Part shown: one piece after another, positions 10,443 through 20,191 of the stretch
Position numbering within the stretch: the first letter of the stretch is position 1
Layout of the letters: each line of letters begins with the position of its first letter
NCBI GenBank assembly: GCA_016708315.1
Contig: JADJGC010000008.1
Coordinates: 31,699 to 95,698 of the forward strand
From: a bacterium
GTDB taxonomy: Bacteria > Zixibacteria > MSB-5A5 > CAIYYT01
DNA: 64,000 nt
Reading direction: 5' to 3'
Made by a program: the position numbers and the translations under genes
The notes under the pieces: generated by a model
Databases searched by the model: none
What the model was told of the DNA's origin: nothing
The model's input: the letters and a program-made list of their open reading frames with translations, nothing else

Positions 10443-10799
10443 ATGAAACTGCAGAAATTCCGCAACAGAAAGGCCAAGGGTTTCACCCTGGTGGAACTGA
10501 TCGCTGTCGTCAGCGTAATCCTCATCCTCGTGGCGATCGTCGTGCCCCGCATCGGCGATTTGCGCGGCAAAGCGGCTGACGCCCGCGCGCAATCGAACGT
10601 GAAGATCGTTCAGGGCGCGATCGAACGGGCCGCCGTGGAGGGCGCCCTCACGGCCGCCAACGCGACGGATCAGGCAGCCATCTACAGTGTGCTGACCACG
10701 GCCACCAATGGCATGTCCGGCGCTCCGTATCTGTCCGAAATGCCGAGTCCGGCGCCTACGATCAGCGGGGCGTTCCCCAACCTGAGCGTCGGTCAGTAA
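10443..10799 (+). CDS. prepilin-type N-terminal cleavage/methylation domain protein (pseudopilin)
   Basis: MKLQKFRNRKAKGFTLVELIAVVSVILILVAIVVP class III signal; terminator downstream. Confidence 0.75.
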   Translation: MKLQKFRNRKAKGFTLVELIAVVSVILILVAIVVPRIGDLRGKAADARAQSNVKIVQGAIERAAVEGALTAANATDQAAIYSVLTTATNGMSGAPYLSEMPSPAPTISGAFPNLSVGQ

Positions 10800-10823
10800 C
10801 GTGTCTGGCGTGCCCCACCAAGC

Positions 10824-10856
10824 CCCGGCAGCCGAACTGCCGGGGTCTTTCTGTTG
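10824..10856 (+). terminator. rho-independent terminator
   Basis: ccccggcag-ccgaa-ctgccgggg stem-loop followed by tctttctgtt, 25 nt after the pseudopilin stop. Confidence 0.5.
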
Positions 10857-10893
10857 CAGCATGCAGCGTGGAATCCTGAACCTAAAATGGAGT

Positions 10894-11232
10894 ATGAAAA
10901 GGTCCGCTCAACGTGCGTTCACGGTAATTGAGATTCTGGCTGTCGTAACCGTGATCGTCATTCTGGCGGCCATCATCATTCCGCGGGTGGTGATTCTGCG
11001 TCAGCAATCAACGCAAGAGCGAAACAATTTCAACGCGCGCCAGATCGCCAATGCGATCGAGCGGTTCCAATTGGAAGGAGGAAATGTGACCAACGTTTCC
11101 TCGGTTGAATCGGTCGTGAATCAGTTGATCGACCGGCAGACGCTCTGTCCGTCGGAGAAACTGACCTCGCGTCAAATCACGATGATCAGCACCAACGGTT
11201 ACCTTTTCTTCTACGGAACCTACGACGATTGA
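10894..11232 (+). CDS. prepilin-type pseudopilin
   Basis: MKRSAQRAFTVIEILAVVTVIVILAAIIIP. Confidence 0.75.
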   Translation: MKRSAQRAFTVIEILAVVTVIVILAAIIIPRVVILRQQSTQERNNFNARQIANAIERFQLEGGNVTNVSSVESVVNQLIDRQTLCPSEKLTSRQITMISTNGYLFFYGTYDD

Positions 11233-11239
11233 TCGACGT

Positions 11240-11686
11240 TCATCTGTTCCATCCGGCAACGCACCTGACTCCCGCCACCAGGCAACCTTCGGGCGTGAGA
11301 AGCTTGTGCTTTTCGACCAGTTCCTTGCCCATTCCCGTAATCTTCCATTGGCCACGCGGGTCCTTGAAAACGAACCCACCGCGGTAGAGTTGGGTGAACA
11401 ACTCAGCGCTCACTCTTTTGCCTTGAAGGATGGACTCGAGTGCGGCCGCAAGTGTTGAGCCGCCGGCAAGGGATGGCAGCAGCCGGCAAGGGATGGTCGC
11501 GTCCGGTTCATCCGGAGGAAGGATTTCTCGATTTCGATTGCGATGTTCATCGGTCGGCGGATCGGATCGTCTCCTCCTGTCCTTTTGTTCCCGGACTAAA
11601 CGTTGAGCAGCCTCCAATCGCTGCCGAATCTTTTCGGGGTTCTCAGTCGGCTCGGCGGAATGCCGTCGGGAAAACCACTTCCACAT
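11240..11686 (-). CDS. hypothetical protein
   Basis: 148-aa ORF downstream of the sigma-factor gene. Confidence 0.4.
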   Translation of the reverse strand: MWKWFSRRHSAEPTENPEKIRQRLEAAQRLVREQKDRRRRSDPPTDEHRNRNREILPPDEPDATIPCRLLPSLAGGSTLAAALESILQGKRVSAELFTQLYRGGFVFKDPRGQWKITGMGKELVEKHKLLTPEGCLVAGVRCVAGWNR

Positions 11687-11732
11687 GACGCCGAGTGGTT
11701 GATTTTGGCGAAGCCTTTTGCCCGATTCAGGA

Positions 11733-13073
11733 TCAGGTTGCCAGGAACCGGACCTTCTCGCTCTGGATGGCGGGATCGGACCGCATCTTGGCGATGGCCC
11801 TGGCCTCGATCTGTCGGACCCGCTCGCGCGTGAGTTTCAGGCTGGCGGCGACCTCTTCGATGGTTTTGGTAAGACCCCTGGCCAGTCCGTACCGAAGCCG
11901 GAGCACCTGTTTTTCGTTTGGCGCCAGACCGCCGAGCAGTTGGCCGATGGCCTGCCGTAAGGTCTCGCTTTCGTCGAGCGTGATCCCTTCGTCGCCGACC
12001 AGCTCCTGCTCGAACGTCTCCTCCTCCCTCCCGTGGACCGGCTGTTGAAGACTGCAAATCTGGCGGAGAGACAATGCGGCCTCAACGTTGTTCCGGGCAG
12101 TCTTCAGTTGTTTGGCCAAGTCCTCCGAGGTCGGTTCGGGTTTTCCCTCTGCCGAGGCTGCATCGCGGAGCTTCTGGATCTCGCGCAACATCTCATGCAG
12201 GGCGGGCGGGAATCGTATCACGTGGCCCTGGGTCATCAGAGCGCGCATGATGCTTTCTTTGATCCAACAAACGGCGTAGGTCGAGAGATTGAACCCCTTC
12301 TCCGGGTCGAAGCGCTCGATGCCTTTCATCAAGCCGAGGTTGCCCTCCTGAACCAGGTCCTCAAGTGTCAGGCTCCGGTTCTGGAATTTCTTGGCGATAT
12401 GAATCACCAGCTTCAGATTGCACTCAGCCAGTGTGGCGAACAGGGAGTCGGCGTTTTCGGCGTGCGGTCGGAGTTGCCGGATATGGTGAGCAAGCTCATT
12501 GATTCGCAAGCCGCTGATCGTTTCGAGTTGCTTGGCCGCGCCGGCCCAGCGTTCGAGTTCCGCCGCGGACTGACGCTGGGTTGAGATGACGCGGCTGATC
12601 CAGGGGCGCTGCGGGAGATCCGCGAACCGGCGAATGAGGTCGCGGCTCCAGGCGAGGATAAGTTTGGGTTGAATGCACCAGTCCGCCAGTCTCGGGTTCT
12701 TCAACGAAGCCTTCTCTTGCAGGTTCTTGAAGAAGAGAAAGCGGTCGGTCGGCCGGCTCGCTTGTTGGGTTCCTTTCTCGTTATGTGCCAGAAAGAAATT
12801 CGTCAATCTCTCGCCATTCAGAAGTTCCTCCAGAACCTGGGTCAGAAAGAAGACCTTGCCGGGAATTCGATCCAGGATGTCGCGGCAAGCGATCACTTCG
12901 CGATGATAGTCCCGGGCCAGTTCAATCTGCTGCTTGGGCGCAATCCTGGGACAGTTCTGGAGTGAAGCAAAGTAGGCATCCAAGGCACTCCCGCCCGACG
13001 GAGGGCATTGTTCAAAATCGTCGGCCTCGCGGAGGATTTGCTCGGTGTCGAGGATGTCGAATTCAACGCGCAC
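11733..13073 (-). CDS. RNA polymerase sigma-70 family factor (RpoD-like, regions 1.2-4)
   Basis: Region 2 LVQEGNLGLMKGIERFDPEKGFNLSTYAVCWIKESI; region 4 TIEEVAASLKLTRERVRQIEARAIAKMR. Confidence 0.85.
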   Translation of the reverse strand: MRVEFDILDTEQILREADDFEQCPPSGGSALDAYFASLQNCPRIAPKQQIELARDYHREVIACRDILDRIPGKVFFLTQVLEELLNGERLTNFFLAHNEKGTQQASRPTDRFLFFKNLQEKASLKNPRLADWCIQPKLILAWSRDLIRRFADLPQRPWISRVISTQRQSAAELERWAGAAKQLETISGLRINELAHHIRQLRPHAENADSLFATLAECNLKLVIHIAKKFQNRSLTLEDLVQEGNLGLMKGIERFDPEKGFNLSTYAVCWIKESIMRALMTQGHVIRFPPALHEMLREIQKLRDAASAEGKPEPTSEDLAKQLKTARNNVEAALSLRQICSLQQPVHGREEETFEQELVGDEGITLDESETLRQAIGQLLGGLAPNEKQVLRLRYGLARGLTKTIEEVAASLKLTRERVRQIEARAIAKMRSDPAIQSEKVRFLAT

Positions 13074-13075
13074 AA

Positions 13076-13678
13076 CTATTCCACATTCTGCGGCGCCGCT
13101 GACGCTTCGGCCAGCCGGCGCAGCACTTTGTCCTGGTTCTTCAATACGGCGATGATGTTGGTCAGCCGCGCTTCGTTCTTCTCCTGAAACGCCTTCAATT
13201 CCTGTTCGGCCTCAGTCTGTTTGGCCACCAAGGCCCGGTGCGCCTCGGAAAGGCGGGTTTCCAGCGCGGGAATCTTCTGCATTTCATCATTGAAACTCCT
13301 CCGCAGCGCTTCCTCGGCGGCCCTCAGTTTGTTGGCCGTCACTTCGAGACTCGCGACTTCGGTGGAAAGATCCTTCGGGATTTTGAGGGAGCCCACTTCC
13401 TCCAATGCGGCTTGAGCAGTGGCCCGCGTTTGCGTCAACTGCGTTTGAAGGAGGGCGACACGGACATGCAGACGATGCCCGTAAATTCCGGCACCGCTGG
13501 CGACGACCATGGCCAGGCCGGCAACCAATAGCAACAACCCGCTCGCTCTTTGAAAGGTTTTGCGGTCTTCTTGCGGGGACTCGGCTCGTATCGCTGCCGA
13601 GGTTTCGGCGCTCGACGGCGGCGGAGTGGGCGGCATTGGTTCCGGAGGCTCGATTCCTCCAATACGGGGTCCATTCAT
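13076..13678 (-). CDS. membrane-anchored coiled-coil protein
   Basis: Pro-rich N-terminus, one TM (LLLLVAGLAMVVASGAGIY), then heptad-rich region. Confidence 0.5.
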   Translation of the reverse strand: MNGPRIGGIEPPEPMPPTPPPSSAETSAAIRAESPQEDRKTFQRASGLLLLVAGLAMVVASGAGIYGHRLHVRVALLQTQLTQTRATAQAALEEVGSLKIPKDLSTEVASLEVTANKLRAAEEALRRSFNDEMQKIPALETRLSEAHRALVAKQTEAEQELKAFQEKNEARLTNIIAVLKNQDKVLRRLAEASAAPQNVE

Positions 13679-13682
13679 AGCT

Positions 13683-15029
13683 TCACTTCAATTGCTCCAG
13701 GAGCCGGGCGTTTTGTTTGAGTTCATCCACAACGAGTGGTCTCGATGGCTCCCTTCCTGGCTCCGGTTTGGTCTCTTTCGAAGTCTCGGATACGGGATGT
13801 GTGTTCTTCGTTTCCGGTTCAATTCCTGCCTTCAGCGCGGTCGTATATTCCTCCTCTGCGCGCTCGACCGCCGTTTTGGCTGCTTCCTCGTCGATCTTGA
13901 ACTTCGTGAGATTATCGCCGGATTCCTGCAAGTCTTTGAGCAGCCGGGTTTGCTCGGCCTTTGCCTTCGCCAGCTTGGTCTCTGCTTCAGATGGTGCGAT
14001 GTCTTCGATCGCTCCCTCGCGTTCCAGCATCGTACGGCGCTTCTGTTCCAGTTGCCGGATTTCCAATGAATTCGTCGCCGCCTTTTGCGATAGGTCGTGG
14101 ACCCGATTCTCGGTTTCGATTCGCCGGGCAATGATCTGGTTGGCCTGCTCGGTGCGAAGATCGAGGGCCTGCTTTCTGGCATGCACCAAGGCCTTGTCAG
14201 TCCACGAACTCTTTCGGACCAGGAAGCTTGAATTGGCTTCCGCTGAGAGTGTGGATTCCTGGTCGGGCTGGCTGTCTTCGATCTTCAATTTGCCTTCCGG
14301 AATCCTGGGTTCGTTGTGGTCGTCGAGGATCGTCGCCGTGATGAAGATGGTCAGATAATTGACGTCCTTTTTGTCCTGCTCGTTGCGGAACAGTTTCCCG
14401 AGGCCGGGAATATCGCCCAAATAGGGCACCTTGTTCCGGCTCTTGCTGGACGTGGAAGTTCGCAAGCCGGCGATGACCACGGTGTCTCCGCTGTCCAGGG
14501 TGAACTCGCCGTTGAACGCGCGGCCCGAGGTCTGCGGCACCTGCCGCGGTGGAGTGCCTTGGGTGCCGGAGGAAACGGTGACGAACTGGTCGAGTTGACT
14601 GACGCTGATCGCGGTGCCCAGTTTGAGACGAACGCCGTCCTGGATGCGCGGCAGGATGTTGATCGTGGTGCCGACGTTTACGAACGAGGTGTTGTCGTAT
14701 CCGACGCCGGACCCGCCAGCGGAGTAGCCGGCCGCAACGGAACTGCCCGAGATGTAGGGAATCTGTTGCGTCGCCGCAAAGGCGACCTCCCGGCCGTTGG
14801 CGGTAATGGTCGAGGGTTGGGCAACCGTCTCGCCTTTCTGATCGTTCACGAAGAAATTGACGGTGGCGGAGATGTCGTTGCGCAGAACGATGGAACTCAT
14901 CGGATTCCCGAAGGAGGATGCGAGCTGACGGAAGCTGCTCATGGCGCCGAACGAATTGGTGCGCTGCCTGCGGACGTTCCCGGCGGCACCAAACCAAAAG
15001 TGAGTCCGGGCGAAAGCATGCTGGCCCAA
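13683..15029 (-). CDS. secretin (GspD/PilQ family), C-terminal secretin-domain fragment; gene split by frameshift
   Basis: VPYLGDIPGLGKLFRN...LTIFITATIL secretin signature; overlaps the upstream fragment in another frame. Confidence 0.8.
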   Translation of the reverse strand: MGQHAFARTHFWFGAAGNVRRQRTNSFGAMSSFRQLASSFGNPMSSIVLRNDISATVNFFVNDQKGETVAQPSTITANGREVAFAATQQIPYISGSSVAAGYSAGGSGVGYDNTSFVNVGTTINILPRIQDGVRLKLGTAISVSQLDQFVTVSSGTQGTPPRQVPQTSGRAFNGEFTLDSGDTVVIAGLRTSTSSKSRNKVPYLGDIPGLGKLFRNEQDKKDVNYLTIFITATILDDHNEPRIPEGKLKIEDSQPDQESTLSAEANSSFLVRKSSWTDKALVHARKQALDLRTEQANQIIARRIETENRVHDLSQKAATNSLEIRQLEQKRRTMLEREGAIEDIAPSEAETKLAKAKAEQTRLLKDLQESGDNLTKFKIDEEAAKTAVERAEEEYTTALKAGIEPETKNTHPVSETSKETKPEPGREPSRPLVVDELKQNARLLEQLK

Positions 15030-15919
15030 TCCACCCCCATCCGGCTCATCGGATTCGAAGTGGTGGCGAAAATGCGGACGTCGATGCGGATATTGGGGTT
15101 CCGCATATTGGCGATTTCCAGATACTTCGCGACGCGGTCCGCCGCCTGACGGGTGCCATAAAGCAGCACTTGTTGTTTTTCTTCGTAGTACCAGACCTTG
15201 CTGCTTTTCTCGTCACCCACGTTGGCCACCTTCTCCAGCAGCGATTCGATTTCCCCATATTTGCCCCCGTTCTCCACAGTGAGCGATCCGGCGCTGGCCG
15301 AAACGGCGTTGCCCGCACCAGAATAGCCGGCGCCGCCACCCGTCGGCGCGCTCTGAGCCCCGCCTTTGAACCGATCGATGAAGTTGTCTTTCAACTTGAA
15401 TTTGTAGAAGGCGACCTGGTTCGTGTATTTGCGGACGGTGTAAAGTCCAGTGTCGGCGTCGTAGAGTTCCAGGCCGCGATGTTTCAGGAGGAACTCCATC
15501 AAATCCCTCGGCTTGGGCTGGGCCATTTGCAGGGTGATCTCCTCGTCTGGAATCTGGTCGGCTTCCGGTTCCAGATAGTTCAGGCCGGACGAACGGGCCA
15601 GCAACTTGAAGACAGATCGCAACGGAACACCTTCGATGGCCAGATAGGGGGCGTCATTCGTTTCGGGGGCGACGGAGAGGATCGGGCTATTGGTTCCCGC
15701 CGGTTCAAACAAGCCCATGAGCCGAACCTGGGTGTCGGTTGTGAAGGGCAGGCCCGGCTTGTCCGCGCGATTTGTTGCAGCGGCTGTCATGTCGACGGCG
15801 GCTGTCTTGTCCGGGTCCGGCCGGGTTTCGGTATTTGTTTGCGCCGTGAGCGCCGTGCCCATCAGGCACCAGCAAAGGGTCATTGCTCGCAGACCGGCTT
15901 GCATTCGGAATCTCATCAC
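14939..15919 (-). CDS. secretin N-terminal fragment (signal peptide, N-domains, start of secretin domain)
   Basis: Signal peptide, VPLRSVFKLLARSSGLNYL N-domain motif, IRIDVRIFATTSNP...GVDW; ends TGA at 14939-14941 inside overlap. Confidence 0.75.
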   Translation of the reverse strand: MMRFRMQAGLRAMTLCWCLMGTALTAQTNTETRPDPDKTAAVDMTAAATNRADKPGLPFTTDTQVRLMGLFEPAGTNSPILSVAPETNDAPYLAIEGVPLRSVFKLLARSSGLNYLEPEADQIPDEEITLQMAQPKPRDLMEFLLKHRGLELYDADTGLYTVRKYTNQVAFYKFKLKDNFIDRFKGGAQSAPTGGGAGYSGAGNAVSASAGSLTVENGGKYGEIESLLEKVANVGDEKSSKVWYYEEKQQVLLYGTRQAADRVAKYLEIANMRNPNIRIDVRIFATTSNPMSRMGVDWASMLSPGLTFGLVPPGTSAGSAPIRSAP

Positions 15920-15963
15920 ATCTCCATTCTAAGGCGCTCAGGATGCGCCTGGTCGTTCCACTT

Positions 15964-17904
15964 TTATTTGAAGTCCTCTGCCTGAAAATCGAGAAACAGT
16001 TTCTGGGCGTCTTTGAGGTCCACCTGGCCTTCGTTGACCAGTTCCATGGCCTGCGCCATGATCGGTCTGAAGGCAGAATGTTGCTCGGCGTGCCGCACAA
16101 TCTCCGCGTGAGTCTGTCCCTTGAGCAGGAGTTCCCGCATGCCGGCGTCCACGGGAATGATTTCGGTGATGATTCTGCGGCCGGTGTAACCTTTGTGGCA
16201 GTTGCGGCAGCCGATGGTGTTGGCATGGTAAATCGCCGGATTCAATCGCACGCCGCTTTGCTTCTCGATGCGCACCATCTCCAGTTCGGTGGGCCGGCGG
16301 CTCTTGCGGCAGACCGGACACAGGCGCGGGATCAGGCGCTGGGCCAGAATCAGGCGCACCGCATCGGCGATCTGGTGCGCTTCCACATCCAAAGCCTGCA
16401 ACCGGTCGAACGTCCCGCTCGCCGAGTTCGTGTGCAGTGTCGTTAGAACCAAATGACCCGTATTGGCGGCCTGAACGGCGATCTGCGCCACTTCCCGGTC
16501 GCGGATTTCGCCCAGGAGAATGACGTGGGGCGCCTGGCGCAGGAGCGCGCGCAGGCCGCGGGCGAATGTCAACCCGATGACCTCGTTCACCTGCGTCTGG
16601 CTGATGCCGGGGATGTAAGTCTCGATCGGATCTTCGAGGCTGCACACGTTCAGCCGTTCGCGGTCCATCTCCTGGATGGCAGAGTACAACGTCGTTGTCT
16701 TGCCGGACCCGGTCGGGCCGGTGACGATCATAATGCCATTCACCATGCTGAGGGCCTTGCGCATGAGCTGAAGATGCCCCGGGTGCATGCCCAGCTTGTC
16801 GAGGTTGGGAAAGCGAATGGTGGCACTCAGCAGCCGTAGCGTGATTTTCTCTTCCTGACTGTCCAGCACCGGCATGGTCGCGGCCCGGATTTCCACGGGC
16901 GTGCCCCGGATGCTGAGGGTGATCTTGCCGTCCTGGGGCAGGCGCTTCTCGGTGATGTTCATGCCGGCGCGCACCTTGAGATGCAGCACGATATTGGTTC
17001 CGTACTGTTTGGGCATCCCGTCGAAGAATGTCGTGTTGATGCCGTCAATGGTGAAGCGTATCCGGTAATCGTTGATTTGCGGCTCGACCAGAATGTCGGA
17101 GGCGCCACGCTTGTAGGCGGCGAAGATCGCCGCCTCGGCAATCAGCTTGACCTTGACGTTCTTCGGATCGAGTTGCTCGTCGGTGAATTGGGCGGGGTCA
17201 ATGCTGTCAGCGAGGCTGTCGGGAATAACGTCGTCCTGCTTGATGAACTTGGACAACTGGATCGTCTTGTTAACCTGTTCCTCAAGGAAGCGATTGTAGT
17301 CCCGTGGCAGGACCGGGATCAGTTGCACGGCCAACCCCTGGCGGCGGATTTGCTCGGACACGGTCTCGACGCTGTTGAAACGGTCCCAGTTGAGCACGTA
17401 TCCCAACTGCATCAATCGATGGTTCTCAAACAGGATGACCGCTTCCACTGCCTTCAACGTTGCGGCACTTACGCGCTTGGACTCCTGCGGCACGTCGACG
17501 ATGTCCAATCCAATGCAGGACTCGCCTTTGATTTTGCGGGAGAACCAGTATTCCCATTCCGGCGAAACGTCGTCAAAGCTGTCGGTTGCTTTGATCTTCT
17601 CGAGAGCATTGCGATCTTCCTCCGTCAGTGCGTTGTGTGTCATCTGCCACTCGGCCCATTCCCTCGGCACTGATGGGGGCGGCTTGGAGTCCGCTGAGTA
17701 GGCTTTTGCCGATGGGCCGGCGTAGCGTTGGTCCCACGCTTCCGCCAGTTTCTGAAATGCACTCCAGGTGCAGAGGACCATCTGAAGGTTCTCCTTGTGG
17801 AAACACGCCGGCAGCGGCACGTGTGGATCGTAATGTGCCAGCAGAATTCCTGGTCCTTGCGTCATCACCGGCACGTGTCCGTTTTGCTCCCGTTGAAACC
17901 CCAA
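15964..17904 (-). CDS. type II secretion / type IV pilus assembly ATPase (GspE/PilB)
   Basis: GspE_N domain, Walker A MIVTGPTGSGKTTTLYS, Asp/His boxes, C-terminal CxxC...CxxC. Confidence 0.9.
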   Translation of the reverse strand: MGFQREQNGHVPVMTQGPGILLAHYDPHVPLPACFHKENLQMVLCTWSAFQKLAEAWDQRYAGPSAKAYSADSKPPPSVPREWAEWQMTHNALTEEDRNALEKIKATDSFDDVSPEWEYWFSRKIKGESCIGLDIVDVPQESKRVSAATLKAVEAVILFENHRLMQLGYVLNWDRFNSVETVSEQIRRQGLAVQLIPVLPRDYNRFLEEQVNKTIQLSKFIKQDDVIPDSLADSIDPAQFTDEQLDPKNVKVKLIAEAAIFAAYKRGASDILVEPQINDYRIRFTIDGINTTFFDGMPKQYGTNIVLHLKVRAGMNITEKRLPQDGKITLSIRGTPVEIRAATMPVLDSQEEKITLRLLSATIRFPNLDKLGMHPGHLQLMRKALSMVNGIMIVTGPTGSGKTTTLYSAIQEMDRERLNVCSLEDPIETYIPGISQTQVNEVIGLTFARGLRALLRQAPHVILLGEIRDREVAQIAVQAANTGHLVLTTLHTNSASGTFDRLQALDVEAHQIADAVRLILAQRLIPRLCPVCRKSRRPTELEMVRIEKQSGVRLNPAIYHANTIGCRNCHKGYTGRRIITEIIPVDAGMRELLLKGQTHAEIVRHAEQHSAFRPIMAQAMELVNEGQVDLKDAQKLFLDFQAEDFK

Positions 17905-17976
17905 TGCCTGGCAACGGGCGAACAGTGTCGGGGAAGCCGTGACGTGGACGTTGGTTAGAAACGACAGTTCCAGAAC

Positions 17977-18183
17977 CTAGGCAATGAATCCGGTCAGGTC
18001 CTCCTCGCCGAGAAAATTTTCGTCGCTGGACCGGATGGTATTCGAGGTGAGAAACTCGAAGAGATTTGGAACTGGCTCCTCAAAACGCAGGAGATGCTCC
18101 TGGGCAAACCGATCAAGGAGTTGTTGCAGCCCTGGCGTGACAATCAGCGCGGATGCTTCGGAGACGGTCTCGGAGCCTGTCAT
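17977..18183 (-). CDS. small acidic hypothetical protein
   Basis: 68-aa ORF in otherwise empty 545-bp gap. Confidence 0.25.
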   Translation of the reverse strand: MTGSETVSEASALIVTPGLQQLLDRFAQEHLLRFEEPVPNLFEFLTSNTIRSSDENFLGEEDLTGFIA

Positions 18184-18449
18184 CTTTTAATTATAGGCTC
18201 GTGGAAGACAAGAGGCGGAATCGTCGCGGTGGCGCCTTCCCGGCTCTATAATTCATTGGGATGAATCCGAGAATCGATCTCAGCCCTAAAGAGGTCGAGA
18301 GACTCCCCCGCGGAGTGCATCCCTGCCGCGAATACCGCGTGTTCGACCACAAACACGACCAATAGGTCCTCTACCGGGAATTTCTGTACGAAACGGCGCA
18401 CGGCATAGCGCACATCATCCTGGCACCCGGGCGAAACCTGCAGCAAGGC

Positions 18450-19739
18450 ATGGCGGCGGCCGATCGACTCCTGAAGGGCTGCTCCACAAACACGCTTCTC
18501 GAAACCGGGGTTTACGGGATTGTGAACTCCGTTCGGAACCACGAAGAAGCTTGTTCCGGGTCTCCGCTGGTGCTGGCCGTGGCGCGTTCCGGTGTCCATA
18601 CAGAATGGTCGTCGGAGCGTATGCTTGAAATCCTTTCCGGGGATGGCCAAACGCGGCCTTCTCGCCTGCACCGGAGCATGGTCAACCGACCTGCGCTCAT
18701 GTTCCGCTATCAACCTTTTGCGGAACGAGGCTATTTGCGGATCAAGCCAGGTTACGTTCCTCCCGAAGTTAAGTTGAAATACGCCGCACCGGTAGGGTGC
18801 GCCAGCAACGAACTGTTCTTGGCCGGGAAGATCGCCAATCGTTGGTCGGACGCCTTCTATCAGTCGGTCTTGACCAACGTGGATTACAATCTTTGGATCA
18901 CGGACGATGAAAAGAGCGCAATGTGCTTGTCGCTGCTGCCGCTGCTGCTGGGTCTGAAGATGGATGTAATTGGCATTCCTGGAAACTGGTCAAGAGGCAG
19001 CCACCGGGAGATGGACATTTGGAAGCTCGCGACTGAACTCGAGGCCTATCGCTTTATGACAGCGGAGGGCGCTCGCCGGCGGGTGGGGATTGTTTTCCGC
19101 CAGAATAGCTGGCTTGATGCTGAGTCGGTGGATGCACTTCTCCGTTTGTGCAAAACCTTGCGGGAGGCAGGGGCATCGGTTTTCGTCGCAGTCGTTCCAT
19201 CTGAAGCTCGGCAGGAGGGCATCGACCATTTCTTTGCGAAACATTGCGTTCGCGGAAACGTGCTCGCCTTCGGGCCAATGCTCGATCTGTTAAGCCGCTC
19301 AGTCTATCTGGACGGCGATTACGAGGTCAGCCATCCCGCCCCCGATGTGTCCTGCCGTCTGAAATCACTCGGCGAACGGGCGGAGGTGTTTTATGAGGTT
19401 CAAGAGAAGCTCAGAGACAAACCATTCACCGAGTTGCCTCCACGTGTTATCGACCGGGTGGTTTCCGAAATCGGACACTTGGCGACCGGCGAAGAGGGAG
19501 GAGACAGCTTCCGTCATGAATTTTGCGCCTTATCTTTGGAAGATCAGGCATCGCGGTGGGCGGACTGGATGGCTCAGAACCCTTTTCAAACAAAACTGGA
19601 TCGTGAACTGGACTCATTTATCCCGCCCGTATTTCGCGACCGGGGATCGATTGCCGCCCGGTTCTGCTTCGAAGACGCAGCGAACAATCGCCTGCCGCTG
19701 GAAACGTCAAGACAAGCCGGGAACGGCCCGTCCAAATAA
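18450..19739 (+). CDS. hypothetical protein (only long plus-strand gene in this half)
   Basis: 429-aa ORF, protein-like composition, moderate GC3; start uncertain. Confidence 0.45.
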   Translation: MAAADRLLKGCSTNTLLETGVYGIVNSVRNHEEACSGSPLVLAVARSGVHTEWSSERMLEILSGDGQTRPSRLHRSMVNRPALMFRYQPFAERGYLRIKPGYVPPEVKLKYAAPVGCASNELFLAGKIANRWSDAFYQSVLTNVDYNLWITDDEKSAMCLSLLPLLLGLKMDVIGIPGNWSRGSHREMDIWKLATELEAYRFMTAEGARRRVGIVFRQNSWLDAESVDALLRLCKTLREAGASVFVAVVPSEARQEGIDHFFAKHCVRGNVLAFGPMLDLLSRSVYLDGDYEVSHPAPDVSCRLKSLGERAEVFYEVQEKLRDKPFTELPPRVIDRVVSEIGHLATGEEGGDSFRHEFCALSLEDQASRWADWMAQNPFQTKLDRELDSFIPPVFRDRGSIAARFCFEDAANNRLPLETSRQAGNGPSK

Positions 19740-19758
19740 ATCTCCAACAAGATGCCGC

Positions 19759-20187
19759 TCATGCGGCCTTCGGTTCCGAGTGCATCTCGATGCGTTCAGC
19801 GAGCAGTTCGGCCGTTTCATACCAGGGAAAACAGAAGCACGCATCGCCGCTGAACACGATCTGGCCGTGCTTGTCTTTATAGCCGTACGCGCCCCAGCGA
19901 TCCACAAACTCGCACCATTCCGGGCGCTCACCCTGGACAATCTCGCGGAACAGATCTTTGTAGAGGTCGAGGATGTTCGGCAGATTTTCCGGCTCAGCGT
20001 GTTCGTGGTAGTCAGCCCAGTCTTGCCGGCGCGCTCGCGCGCCAAACCGCCGCCGGATTTCAGGGTCGGTGTCAGCCAGATTTCTCATCCGGCAGATCGC
20101 GCGTCTGGCCTTGCGTCCGTAGCACACATCTGCGCCGTGGTAGATGGCGATGGGCGCGACGAGATTGAAGAGCTGTGGTGTGGTCAT
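19759..20187 (-). CDS. hypothetical protein
   Basis: Last gene of a four-gene operon that is partly translationally coupled (ATGA stop/start overlap at 20779-20782; genes 2-5 nt apart elsewhere); start at MTTPQLF (ATG 20187). Confidence 0.5.
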   Translation of the reverse strand: MTTPQLFNLVAPIAIYHGADVCYGRKARRAICRMRNLADTDPEIRRRFGARARRQDWADYHEHAEPENLPNILDLYKDLFREIVQGERPEWCEFVDRWGAYGYKDKHGQIVFSGDACFCFPWYETAELLAERIEMHSEPKAA

Positions 20188-20191
20188 ACGA

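Noticed and set aside
14197-15985. Several long ORFs on both strands (266, 277, 355 aa)
   Set aside because: Overlap the secretin gene, whose translation carries the family signature; alternatives are Arg/Pro-rich junk
18246-18713. 155-aa minus-strand ORF
   Set aside because: Overlaps the start of the longer plus-strand ORF 18450..19739 and is Arg-rich at its N-terminus; kept the plus-strand gene but the true start there is uncertain
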